In this document: positions 1 through 13,900 of the stretch, in pieces
Numbering within the stretch: the first letter of the stretch is position 1
Layout of the letters: every line of letters begins with the position of its first letter
Source of the DNA: Chrysomallon squamiferum
Lineage: Eukaryota; Animalia; Mollusca
Length of the DNA stretch: 64,000 bases
NCBI GenBank assembly: GCA_012295275.1
Contig: CM022672.1
Coordinates: 24,366,001 to 24,430,000 of the forward strand
Reading direction: 5' to 3'
The notes under the pieces: model-generated
The model's database searches: none
What the model was told of the DNA's origin: nothing
Seen by the model: the letters and a program-made list of their open reading frames with translations, nothing else
Position numbers and translations under genes: made by a program

Positions 1-1319
1 AATAAGTGTTAAATAAAAATGACTAAATACATCTAGAACTATACCTCACTGGTCCACAAAATATAAACTTGTAAAATAATTATTTCATTTCCAAATATCT
101 TCTTCTTGCAGTGCAATTATTTTATATCTGGGACTTTGTTTCCCAAGAGTTTGCAGAGCATACCATATTCAAAATTTAATTCTACTTAATATAAATATAT
201 ATATACATATTTTTATTAATTTTTTTTTTTTTAAATGAGGTAAAACACATTATTTCTAGCACTTCATCAGAAAAAAGTGTCATTTATTTACTGCTAACTT
301 AAAATTATTTTCAGGACAGTTAGTTTCTACACATCCCATAGAATATAAAACATCTTGTTGATTTTCATTTTTATTCTTCCAACTTTTATTATCTTTCTCT
401 TTTATAAGTTTGTCTGTCTACTTAATTTTAGAGCGTTTTGAACTAGGAAAAAGTAATTCTTTTACAACTGATTAAATTTAAAAAGTACTGGATTACATTT
501 AAGAATAAAATTACATTCAAAGCTAATGTACTTAAATTTCTGAGAACTAAGACTTTCAAATAAAATATTTTTATGAGACCATTTGTTGGAGAGATGTTAG
601 GATAGAGCTAATAGTCTACTATTATTTAAGTAATAATAACTGTCAATAATTTTTAAAATTCATCACTTTCATGATTCTATTTTATTCTATTTATTATATA
701 CCAGGACATATTTTGATATTTCAAAATATCAAAGATAAATTATTGGATAAAATATATAGTATTTAATTTATCAAATGTTTTGAAAATCTTTTTAAAAATC
801 TTTAACAAATGTTTTTAAAAAAATTTTAAATTAAAAATTAAAAATAATTTATGAAGGCAAAATGCTAATCTGTCACAATTTTATTTTGTTTTGTTTTGTT
901 TCCTGGGGGCTGAATAGAATATGTTGTTCTTGTAATTAGTATTTTAGTACTTTCCTAAAAATAATATCAGTGTTTAAAAACTAATCCTAATATTCATATA
1001 TAGTCCTGTAATCATATGTCTGAAGTGAATTTAAAATAAATATTGTTTTCATTATATTATTAACGACAGAAAAAATTCCCAAAATCAGTATTTTGTACAA
1101 AGTATATTATAAAACAAAGAAACAAACAAATAAATAAATATTAGAAATTCATCAGAAAAATATTAAAACTCAAATTCAGTTCTTAATTTAAAAACAAAAT
1201 CCTTTTTAAATATACTGTTTTATCATTTTATTTTTTCCCTGAATTATGAAATAATGATATATTTTATTGTAACTATAATAAAGGACTAATTTATTAAATA
1301 AATAAATAAATATTCTTAC

Positions 1320-1993
1320 ACAGCTTTCTTTGACATAGGTTTTTCCCATTTGAGTACCATTAATACGGAGACAAACTCGTTTAATGCCTTTTGACATTAT
1401 TTTCATATCAACAGTTATCTGTCCTTTGGTGTTTTTCTTGGAAGATATATTTAATGGATCAAAATCAGCATCAGAGTAGCAACGGTCAGAATTGTTAAAT
1501 TTAAAGGAACTGAATGTCCATTCATACTGCATAATTTTAAAATTCCCTGCTGTATTCAACACATTATTGCAGCTGCCTGAAATAGACACTTGAAATGTCC
1601 TTACAAGTCCTTGTGAGTATGGATATGCTAACTGCAATTTACTTGATGCACCACCAATGTGTAGAGATGACAAACATTTCATAGTATCTTGATCATGGTA
1701 AGCAACTGTGAACTCCAATGGATGACTTGAAATCTCTTTTCCTTTAGTCATATATCCAACTGTTGCTTTAAATTTACCTCCTGTGTTTGTTTTATAAGAT
1801 ATAGTTGCACATAACTGATCTTTTGTACTTGATTTAATTTCATGAAACTCAGGAATGCAAGAATAATCCTTTGTGATGTTCACATAATAAACATACTGTT
1901 TACTGGGCTTTTCAATAATTGCTTTAAATACAAAATTTTCATCTACAGTAACATTGTTTTTGTCTACCAAAATCCACATATTGTTTTGTTTGT
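1320..1993 (-). CDS. Gene B exon: PKD-like/REJ-start region
   Basis: 674 nt, ttccag|AC...TGT|gtaag; about 69% aa identity (hand count) to gene A exon 57745-58421. Confidence 0.9.
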
Positions 1994-4900
1994 CTGGAAA
2001 AAACAAAAACAAGGAATAAATGTGGCTCCAAAGACATTGACATTAAATCTTAAGATCATCTGATGTTCTACATATACTAATTTCTGTTACTATAAGCACA
2101 GATCAAGTATCAAATGAATTATTTATACAACAATGATATAAAGAACAAACAGACAAAAAGACAATCCTGCAGATTCTGATAATGGAAGAATTTCCTTCAT
2201 AATGATATAAATTTACAAAAAACAACATATGATACATTTAAAAACAGATGTATAGTTATTAAAGTTTTTAACAAAAAATCCATGTTCTTGAATAATAACA
2301 TACCACAATTTCCAGTTATCGTTTGTGGACAGTAACAAACAGCTTTTGTTGAATTGTACAAACATATGTCACCCTCAGGACATGGGTGTGATGCACAGGG
2401 ATTTTTATCTGAACATCCTAAGCTCTCTTTACTGTTGTAATAGAAATTAACAAAACCACATGTGTCTACTTCCACTTTGCATGGATAATAAAAGCATTCA
2501 TACGAAAAAGGATTTACTGGAATATACATGCTGGGCTTGCTTCCACATTGAGGATTGTTTGCATTCTCAGCTGAAGAAAAAGGACAATATTTTAAAGTAA
2601 ATTTAATTATATATTATAGTTAACTAATTTTACAGTGATAAGAAATTATTCATAAACACAAAAGAAACAATAAAACAACATTGCAAGAGCAATCAAACAA
2701 AAAAAACAAATTAGATCATATTATAAGTAACCTAAATACTTTTAACATAGATTCCATCTTTAATAATATTATCAATTAATGGATTGGAAAAATATTTTGT
2801 AGAACATGTTAGTATTTTGGTGTATTTTACATCTAGATGTTTGCTAAAGATTTTCATTCTTTATATATGTTACATATAAACAAAGCTCCTGTCATCCTTA
2901 CATTCAAGAATCTTATGAAACTGTTGCATTTATTTATGACAATTATTTATGTTTTATTTTTTCATTTGTGTATTTATTATTTATTTTTTAAATTATCATA
3001 AAATAATAATCAAGGAAATATCAGAAATAAACTTTTTATGTAGCTTATATTATTACTGTTGAATAACTATCCTTTTTTTCCATAAGAAGATTATGTGTGT
3101 ATATGTGTGTTTATATATGTATGTATGCATGTATGTATGTATTCAGTTATGCTTTCATGTTTTAATATGTTTGTTTCTCTTTGGTAGTTTCCTGTCAACA
3201 AATTTATCATGTACTTATTATTAAAATGACTGGCTTGGAATAAACAAACTAGGAAAATCTATATGATTAGTTTCAAAAACTAATGCTCAAAATTTTTCTC
3301 ATAGTCTAATTTTAGTTATTATTAGTCAATGATTTTTAAATTCATCACTGGTATGATTCTGTAATACTGTATTTATTTATTTAGGGAATTTTTGAATATG
3401 TATTATAATGCATGACAAAAAAATGTGAAAACTAAAAAGTCTTTTACATAACTTAGAAGTAAAGTGTATTTAAGAATAGTATCAAAAAACCCAAAAGAAA
3501 ATACCAATAAATAACAACAAAATTATAAAAAGGAAAACCAGATTAAAGAACAAAGAGAACACTGCAATATATATTTTGTCTCTGTACGTATGTGTGCACA
3601 GACACACATTTTAATTCAGATAAACTGAATGTGGTACAAATCACAGAAACCAATTTTTAAGTCAGAAAAAATTTAAAATTAAAATTAAAAAAAAAAAAAA
3701 CAATAAAACAAACTTGAGGATTCAGCCGGGCATCCATAAAGTTCCATAGTGAGTGTAAAAGATATTGTTTTTGCATTGTAGCTCCAAAATATCCTAACGA
3801 ATCTTGCAGTAACCGGAGATAAAAAGTGAGTTAGTTTTACACTCTTGGGAAGAGATCCACATTTAAATTTCTGAGAAAAAAAATGTTTTTAATTTTAGAT
3901 ATATATTTAAAACAGTGAAGCTTGTGCTGTTAAAAATGATTATTATGTTAGGGAAGTCAGAACAGTAACAAAAAAATGTTAATCTGTACTATTTGTTAAA
4001 GTTTCTTTTTATAAAGATAAAATATTCTGTGTTTCAAGACATGAGGTGTAAAATAAATAAACAGACAAAGGCCTAAATGATAAAGGGAGAATAAATAAAT
4101 AGCTTGAATGAAATCAGGTGGATCTAAACATCAAGTGGGATTTGACCCAGTTAGAATAGTAGTTTTTGTTCTCTACAGACCAAATATTTCATTAATGATA
4201 TCTGCTCAGTTTCAATATATTTGTTTGATACAAATCTGTTGAAATATATAATATTAAAAAAGCAAAGGACTACTCCAAAATTTGATTGCTGTTCTAAACA
4301 TTATAACATTAATCTACTAATTTAGATTCAAGGATCAACTACAATACATATAATCCAAGGAATAAAACCCAATGAACAAAATGCCAGTAAATATTTTATT
4401 TCATTTGTAGGAAGAATCCAAATGCCCATACTAAAAGTATCAAGATGCAAACAGATAATAAACAAATTACTTTTTGCTATTAATTACAATAATTTAATGC
4501 ATAATTATTTCAATTTGCGCCAATGTTATTTTTGATTTTAAAAATAATATTCAAACCATTAATCTTTTTCAAGCTTTAGTAAAATATTAAAAATATTCAA
4601 AAGCATATATCTTACATAAGATATATTGTTTACACTTTTTTGTTAGCACTGATCACAGCTGCTAAAGTCATTTTATAAATGTAATATAAAGTCTAGAAAC
4701 AAAATCTTTTTTTATTAATTTTATTTTTATTAATTTATTTGTTTGTTCTGAATTTGCCTTGTAATATACATTTAATATCAGTTAAAATAATGATGATGAA
4801 ACATAAATTATCTTTACTTTAACAACATATTAATAAGTAAACCAAGTGATCTTTAATTTGTATTTAGTTTCAAATGTAATGATGTCATTATCAAAATTAA

Positions 4901-7900
4901 AAAAATAGTCATAGACTATACACAGTTTATTACCTTATTATCATATTTTATTGCTAGTAAAAATCAATTGCCAGACACAAATAAAATATCACTTGGAAGA
5001 TTATAAACTGCTTGCACTATCTAATAAGAAAAAAATTAATAATTATACTTTTATCATTTTTACAGTTCTTACAACTGAATATATTGGATAAATACACATT
5101 ATAAGATTTGAAAAACCATAATTTACATTGCTACAAAACAATTTTTTCATATATTTAGCCAAACACCCAAAACATCAAAATAGTATTGATTTACACAGCA
5201 AAATAAAATATTTTTCTGGAACAATTTCTTAAATCTCTCTTTGAGTGCTGAAAATATTATAGAATTGACTCATTTTATAACTGACAACTAAGACTCACCT
5301 CTGAATTCTTTTCACTCTTAACATTTGAGAAGTCAGTCAAATCTCTAGAATACTTTAACTGAAAGTTGAAGGGTAATGAAGTTGTCTTTGATTGAATAAA
5401 AGCTGTTATTGTATCTCCATTAGCAGAACTGCATTTCACTGAATGTAACAAGAAAATTTGATGAAGATCAACCTGCAAGAATTAAAAAGAATATTAGTAA
5501 ATGGCTTTTAAACCTCAGCTATGCTTTATTTCAGATATTTTGTACATCTTTTACAGCAGTTTACTATCATCAATAAGCAAGACTGACCATGAAACAATAC
5601 AAAAATATAAGTTAAATCAGAGTGAGCCATCACTAAAATAAGAATGAAATATATTAAAATTTTATAAACTTCCTAGTATCATAAATCACTGAAACTTTTA
5701 AAGAAATTATTAGCTGTAACACAGTGGTTAGTGCTTAGGACCATCTTTCTGTTTATATAAAAGAACCATTACTGTGACTTGAAATTATTATCTATCTCTT
5801 TATAATATCCCTGAATAAAACAATGACACTGTTGACATTTAAATACTAAAACTCCTTAGCACTGAAATTTTAAGTCCTTGCTTCATCACAGTCCTTTAAC
5901 AGTAAAAGAACTGAAACTTATCATTTATTTCTGTCTTTCATTATTGAAAACAAAAACAATAATCTATAGAAATATAAAAAAGAAGTGTCACATAAAAAAA
6001 TGCAAATAAAAAAGAAAAAGAAAAGAATATTTATGCAGTATAATTCACAGAACATAAGCATATTGCAACAAACCTGAACAAATCCCTCTGGTTCTGTTGT
6101 CTGAAAAAAATGCAAACCATTAGCAAGCTTAAGAGAAATGTAATCAATCTCTGTCTTTTGTAGTATATTTCCTGATGATGTCCAATCATTTCTGGAAATT
6201 GTCCAAAATCCAGATAGTATAGGCAAATCACAATCTGAAAATGAAATAAACGTTTCTTTATTTATTGTATAATTTTACTGACAACAGTTTGGGTTTTTTG
6301 GGGGGAGGATTATGGATTTAGTCAAGGAGAGTCTGGCCAAAACATTGAGAATGAATGACTGTATATCATTTACATGTACACAGCCAATTTTAACATGCAT
6401 TAAGCACAGGCCAAGCTATAATGATCTTTCACGAAAGAAGTTATTTACCTGGCAAATCAGATCCAAACAAACAAAAAAATGGTATAAAAAGAATTGGTAA
6501 TGCTAATGATTTTATGAAATTCTTCCACATATGGTAAGTTTCCAAGCACTCCCTGTGATTGGAGTTCATTAAAATTTCTTAAATTCATAATTTGATCCTA
6601 TAATGTCGTTTTGATCAGATCATATGCTGCAAGGAAAAAAAATACTTTTTTGTATAATTGCTAAATTGAAAAATAGTTTGGTAATTTAGAAATAAACTCT
6701 TATATTAATTCCTCCTGATAAAATCTTTCTTTGGTTGGAAAGTTCACAACAAAATAAATTAATTAAACATGCATATCAATAGAACAAAACCCACTGTTTT
6801 TACCAGACTTGGCCTATGTGAGAAAGGCAAAATCTCACCCACAAGTGACAAGACCTTGCATATCATATGTAATGAAGTTGCCTTGCCAGATGATGGCGGA
6901 TTTGGGCCAGATAAATATGCCAGCTGGTGATATTCTTATATTCATCAACCAAGTGCAAGATAAAACCCAAATTTGTGAAACACTAAACATATGATAGTTC
7001 AAAACATCCAGTGTATAGTCTGGCAGCAGTACCATGTAACATCATTTTGGAGTCTAAAATATTTTTATTATTGATCATTTGTGTATAGCGCATATATAAT
7101 GAGAAGCTGCTGGGTAACATCTCAAAAAATCTGCCACCAAATCTGTTTTCTTCATATCTTTAAAATCAGATCATATAGAAACATGAATAAAAGGATATTT
7201 TATATGTTTTCAGTCATAAAGAATCTAATGTAGTATGATTTTTGTCAACAAAACACAAAGAAATCAAAACTACAAACATAAAAGGATAAAAATATGACTG
7301 TTTTGATACACTATACATATATAATATGATAATAGGTAAATAAGAAATAATTACTTATTGAAATGTATTGTATTTATTGCCAGTTCCCCAGAAGTGGATA
7401 TCAAATTCATCTTGCACATGAACTGGCACCAGAAACAGGAGAGATGAGATATTTCAACAACACATGGAGAAGCTAGTCCCATGCCAGTGCCTAAGATGCT
7501 TGTTATCACCTTCTAGCTGAGGCAGGTGCTTACAGCCACTAGATATGGATTAATAAATTCAAACTGAGACAATAATTTATTAGTCATGGTATAAAACAAC
7601 CCTCATCCACTAGATAAATAACACAACAACAAAAAGTACAGTTTGACTTATTTATTAATTATTTCCAAAATACATTTGTAATTACTCAAAAGAAAATAAG
7701 CTCAACAAAATTATGAGAAACCTATTTATCCCCCAAAAGCATATTTTTCATTAGAACCCAGATTTCCTTTATATATTATATTCCCAAGGACTAATCAAAG
7801 AACTAAAGTTGCTATGGCAGCTTCCCAAAATTAGATTTTTTGTTTCTTTTTCACCCAAAATTCATTATAACTTGGTCACTAATTAAGTTCTACCAAAAAT

Positions 7901-10900
7901 TAAAGACTACCTAACTGTCTGTCGTCATTCTCTCTCCCATCCATAATTATCTGAGTATTATCTCAAGCTCATGGTAAGATGCAATCTCCAGACAAAGACA
8001 AACCATATTTAAAACAGGCAAGACCTTTGAGAACCACACAAACATCATATCAGAAATGATAACTCCTAAAGCACTTTCTGTTTGTGATACTGTTGCTTGC
8101 TGTTTCAACACTGGAAAGAACACTATCCTGAAAGTTGTAAGAAGTGGATGTAATCCGTCACTACTGGAAGAAATAGATGCATCACTACTAATATACCTAC
8201 TGCAGGGAGTGCCTTTCATGACTGCAAACTATGGACAAAGGAAAAGTAGCACAATGTCAAATGCACAATTCAGTACTTGGGGAAATGATATACATCAAAA
8301 CAAGGTTATGCTCTCTACCATCAACCAATAAAGCTTTCAAGGAAAACATGAAATTATTACATATATTTATGGTGTCATTAAAGATCTGAGAAACATGGAT
8401 GGTGAAAAGATGAAGCCAACAATCCCAGGTACAGTTAGTCTTGCACAAGATGCTCTCATGCAACTCACCAATAGTGGATGCGAGACTGATACACCTTCTC
8501 AATCATCCAGATGTGGTTGAAGGAGTGTCAGTCTATCTCACATGATGTTCCATGCTTATCATGATGAAATATTTGGTGATTTGTAACACTGACTTTCAGC
8601 TGAACAATCCAGTTCCAAATCATCCCAAATAGATTTTACGTATAGCATACCTACATTCTTTATGACTGAAAACAGATAAAACATTTCTTTCTGATCTACA
8701 AAGATATGAGGGAAACAGATTTGGCAGTAGCCAAAAAAATATAGACTCCAAAATGAGGTTAAGCATAAATATGGCATTTGTGTTCCTGACTAGTGCTGTC
8801 TGTCAGAAATATAAACCAACTGATTTCTGCCAAAATGTATTTAAAATTTTAACCATTTATGAACTCTACAAACACTTTGAATACAATAATTTTTTCCATA
8901 AGTTTATTTCCTTGATGGTGAAAACAGAGACAAGAATGTGATTAACAGTAATATGGGCACACATGTCAACAACAGTGATCATAAGTGAACTACACATTTA
9001 ATAACTTTCAAAGGGTCTGGTGGTTCTTTATCTACTACACAAAAGTACTTTATTTATGTTTACTGAATTAACAGAAATTTTGTTCATGTAAATTAAATTA
9101 TTCAGTTATGTGATTCCATATCACATTAAAAAAAAATAAATAAAAATAAAAATTTACCTCATAAAGTCAAATGGATTCATGCAGGTTTGACATATAGATT
9201 ATGTGATGAATATTGCAAAATTTCAGTCTTGTCTTTGAGAAAATGTTTACAAATTACTGATGGCTAATAATGCAGATATATTTGTACCAGTGAAATTTTT
9301 ATTTATTTATATTATTTATATTACCATCTAACCATTTACCGTGTAATATTTACCATCTAATCTATACTGACAGATTGATGTATTCCACAATGACAGTATT
9401 TAATGAAGAAAAAATTAAATCATTTCTAAATTCAATAATACAATATTCAATATCCTGGTTTGTTCACATGACTCTGATAACTGAATTTCATTTAAAATTC
9501 TAGTACACTGTACCTTGAATGTTTACTCCTAGCTTCAGTAAAAGCAAGAAAGCATTCTATTATTAAAATAATCATAGGTAATTTTTATTTAGTTATATTA
9601 TTGAACATTTACCATCTAACCTTTTTCTCTATACTGGCAAACTGAACAAGCTTTTGCTGTTGATACGGGTTCATAAGTCCATAAGTACTTCTTTGTTCCA
9701 TCAATAATAGCCACCTGATCCACTGTAGTTACGTCTGGGATTGTACTATAAAATAAGGTAAAGTCAACCCATCTGCCATCCTGCCACTCTGTGTGTATTA
9801 GAGATTTCCCTTTAAGACCTGAAATACAGCAAACCATTCCTTAATCAAAAGGAATGAAATACAAAAATAACATATGCAAAGTTTACATTCTTGAAAAGTA
9901 TTCAAATCTGCACAAGATTATTATTTCTAACTCTATAACAACTAACTCTATAACTTAGTGTAATGTCTAAATTTACTCAAGAATTATGCATAAACCCCTT
10001 AATATTTTAATTACTATTAAATTTACTTTTTTTCTGTATTGTTGTTTACAGATTTTATTGGATGAAAGAATTCAAAATTCCTGTTATGGACAGATTAATA
10101 AATTGTTTTCTGGCTCTGTATTTTACAGGACATTTTTTGTAAAATGTTTTCTTTCTGCATTCACTATTTGCACAAATTCAACAGTGAACACAACAAATAC
10201 TCTTTTCTGATTAATTATCTATGCACACTTAGGAATCATTTAATAAATGTAGTGAATACTATTTGATTTTGTATCAGAGTTATTTAAGAAAATACAAAGA
10301 AAACACATTTTATTTTAATTTTATGATTTATGAAATAAAACTGATATTCACCAACAGAGTTTATTATAGATATCATACTTATAAAGAAACAAACCTCTTA
10401 TATTGTAAATGTTACAAATCTAGGAAAATAGCTAATTTATAAACTCAAATGTAGATGCTTACCTAAAAACCAGTGCGTGCAGTTCTTGTAAAGATGAATT
10501 AAAGTATTCACTGCTCTTACATCAGTAACTGCATGAGGAGAAAATAAATAGCCACCATACCTTTTACATTCATTGTATGCTTCATCAAATGTTGTTTCAT
10601 GTGGCACAGTAAAAAAATACTGAGTTGTTTTAATAAATGGTTGTAGTACATTTCTGTGCACATTGTAAGATACCTTTATGATATCACAATCACTGATCTG
10701 TGGAGGCACATCTATTAAAAAAAAAACCACTTTATTTTGTTTACAAATAGAGCAAAGGATATTTAAGTAAGCTCTAAAACATATCCACTATAAATAATAA
10801 TAACAACAAATGAGGGAAAAAAGAAGAGGGAAATAAGAAAAGAATCTAAAATGGAAAAATGTTAAACAAAAGGTACAGAGAAGTAAAAATAAACTGTTTC

Positions 10901-13900
10901 AGAAAAAATGACCACTGATAATAAAAGGAAAACTAATGGTCATAAAAATAATAATCATCTATAAAGTACTTCTTTCCGTAACTATAGCTGTAGATAGTTT
11001 TTTAAAAATACTTTAATGTTGTCTTTGAAAGCTGCATACCTGGCAAACATGTCTTCCCATCAATAAATAAATGATGCTGAGAGTGACATGTACAGAAAAA
11101 ATTTTCAGGTGTATCAATACAGTTATGACTGCATGGATTTTTGGAACACTCATTAACAAGGCCTCGCCCTGATTATAAAAAGAAAGAAAAAATCATGTTA
11201 AAGTTAGGTTTCAAGTGAGTTCTTTAGTTATTATACAAATATTTTAGTAGCCTAAACTAATTGCGATAAAGTTACATACTATTGCCAAAATATACCTCTT
11301 GCATAATATTAAAATATGTATAGAAAACCAGCAAAGTTATTAGATGGTATAAGTATAGTCAAAATCATGGATGAAACCTCAGATTTCAGATGCACCAAAT
11401 GAGTATGTAAAGGTAGACATTTGTAGATTCACAGTTCATTTTCTCAGATTGTGTAGTTAATATAATAGGAAATTTCCAAGTCATTTCATTATATAAAAGA
11501 TAAATTTTGTATTCCAATTTTATAAATTAAATATGAAAATATACAGGGTGTCCCAAAAGTAACCGAACTGCAACATTAAATAAAATTAGATATTAAAAAC
11601 AACAAATTTAATCTGTATATTTAGTATTTACAAATGTTCAAAATGTCTACCTTGAACTTCAATACAATCACGACACCTATGAGAACATGAACAGTATTAA
11701 AAGACCGCATCATAGATGTCCATGTCGTAGTGGTAAAACAGAATTCTTGATCACGAAGAACACTACAATCAGGTAACAAAGATCATTCCAAAGACTACTA
11801 CTGACAGAAGTAAATGAATAGTATTTTTAATATCTAATTTTATTTAAGTTTGCGGTTCAGTTACTTTTGGGACACCCTGTATTACAAAAATTTAAATGTA
11901 GATGGTTTTTATCGCCTATGTTTTAACCTGAGGGGGTTCTGAACAAAAGGCTATTCCTTAATAACAGGGAATTAAATTATTTTGGAATTGAAGTGAAATA
12001 TTAATCACTTCCTCCACTATTATCCATACTTACAATCCAGGAACTGCTTCTTAACAAAGTTCATTATTTTATGAACTTTCAAAACAAAGACTTATTTAAA
12101 CACAATTTATCAATTACTGCATAATTAGCACTACACTCAAAGCAGCTTTCAGCAATATTTTAACAAAGGTGTGCATCACAAATATTCTCCGTTCCCAAAT
12201 CATTATGTTCACTTTAAACACAGGTATAACAATCTAGTATAACATTATGAAATTAGTTATATATCTACTAATCAAATGACAATTCTAAAACCTTTCCTAC
12301 ATAATCCATGAGTATAATATATTGAAAGCATATGCATGGTGAGCAGACACTACAACTCCATAAAAAGATGCCAATTTTTCCATGAGCTGAGTAATATTTT
12401 TCCAAATTTCTTTAATTCTAAAATGCCCTTTTTCCCTGACCAATCACACATTCAGAATGGGATCATTTATATACATTACAAATATATTTTTTGGGGTGGG
12501 GTGTCTCTGAACTTATTAACATAATAAAAGGGTTTTACAAAACAGTTTTCACAGTAAATACAAGCCAGACAGAATCATCCTGGATAGATAGTTCACACAA
12601 CAAACTACAGTATTCAAACTGAAAATGCAGCCTTGTTTTACACCAAATAATTAATGTTAGCTGAAGAATATAATAATACAATACTGGTGCAGCTTCTAAA
12701 CAGAAATAAATTATGCTATTATTTCTTTTCTTTTTTTCTTCTTTAGAAAAGAAGTTAAAGAATATAAATTTAGTCTACTGTTCCTGAACTGAAATTTGCA
12801 TTAAAATAAGGAATTTAAATTACCTGTGAGACGTCCAGTAAGGTCCCACTGATAACCTTTACATGAGGTATCATCATGAATTTTTAGGGTAATTTCTGTA
12901 GCATTAAAGAATGGATCCATAATAATAAGGTTTTGTAAATTTCTTCTCGTTTTAAGCTTCTGAAATAAAAAAAATGAACTATGTTGAAAACTATTTCAGT
13001 AGTATTCTCTAAACGTTTAACAATATTGAATTATTTTAGAGACTGCTGATTGGTTTGATCAGACTTTTTCATATTTGTAGTCAAACATTTAACAAGAGAG
13101 ATGCACAGTGATTTTGGCAATAATGAGTTTAATGCATCTCTAACCTTCAGAAATAGCCATCAATTACAATGTTTGAATACATGTACATGTTGTCAATTAT
13201 GTAATATTTCAGACTGTCACAATATTATAAATATAAAATTAAGAAAAAATAATAATAATTATAAAATATGAAATAACAACTGATATTATAAATTGCAGCA
13301 AAAGCTGTGTTGTGGATTTATTACAATACCTCAAAATTTAAAATATAATATTACACACTGGAGATAAAAAGACAAACTACTAAAGAAAAACAAAGTAGCA
13401 GAAAATATGACACATGGCCGCTTTTTGTAAGTATATGACTTACATGTGAATAATTTTGTGATACAAAAAAATAATGTTAATGAAGTGGTTAAATTTTAAT
13501 CACACAGTTCATATATTAATTCCAGGTTTTTGCAATGCATAGATTATCTCAGTGCAGTCATCTATTATTTATTTTAAACTATTTAGAGTACAACAGATAT
13601 TTTATTTTAGCAAACATTTTTTGACCCTATTCAGACAAGTAAATTTCCCAAACAGCCAAAAAAACAAAAAAAAATAATAATAATAAATAAATAGCAATAA
13701 TTATTGAATAAATTAATAATAAACTGTCAATTTTGTTTTGAATAATGTTCAAAAGTTTATTTATTAGTTTAGCTGATATAACAGTAATTTAAAATGACAT
13801 ATTTTGTGCATGGCTTATAACAGAAATCTTAGAACTTTCATTAGCCAAAACAATAAAAATTCATTCACTAGATGAAATAACAGCACAATACAAATTAGCT

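Noticed and set aside
1320-3870. Duplicated exons as an uncollapsed haplotype
   Set aside because: About 30% aa divergence and very different intron lengths indicate true paralogues.
6800-7050. Possible Tc1 transposase remnant
   Set aside because: Only a faint resemblance to the RRP..TVKH region; too decayed to support.
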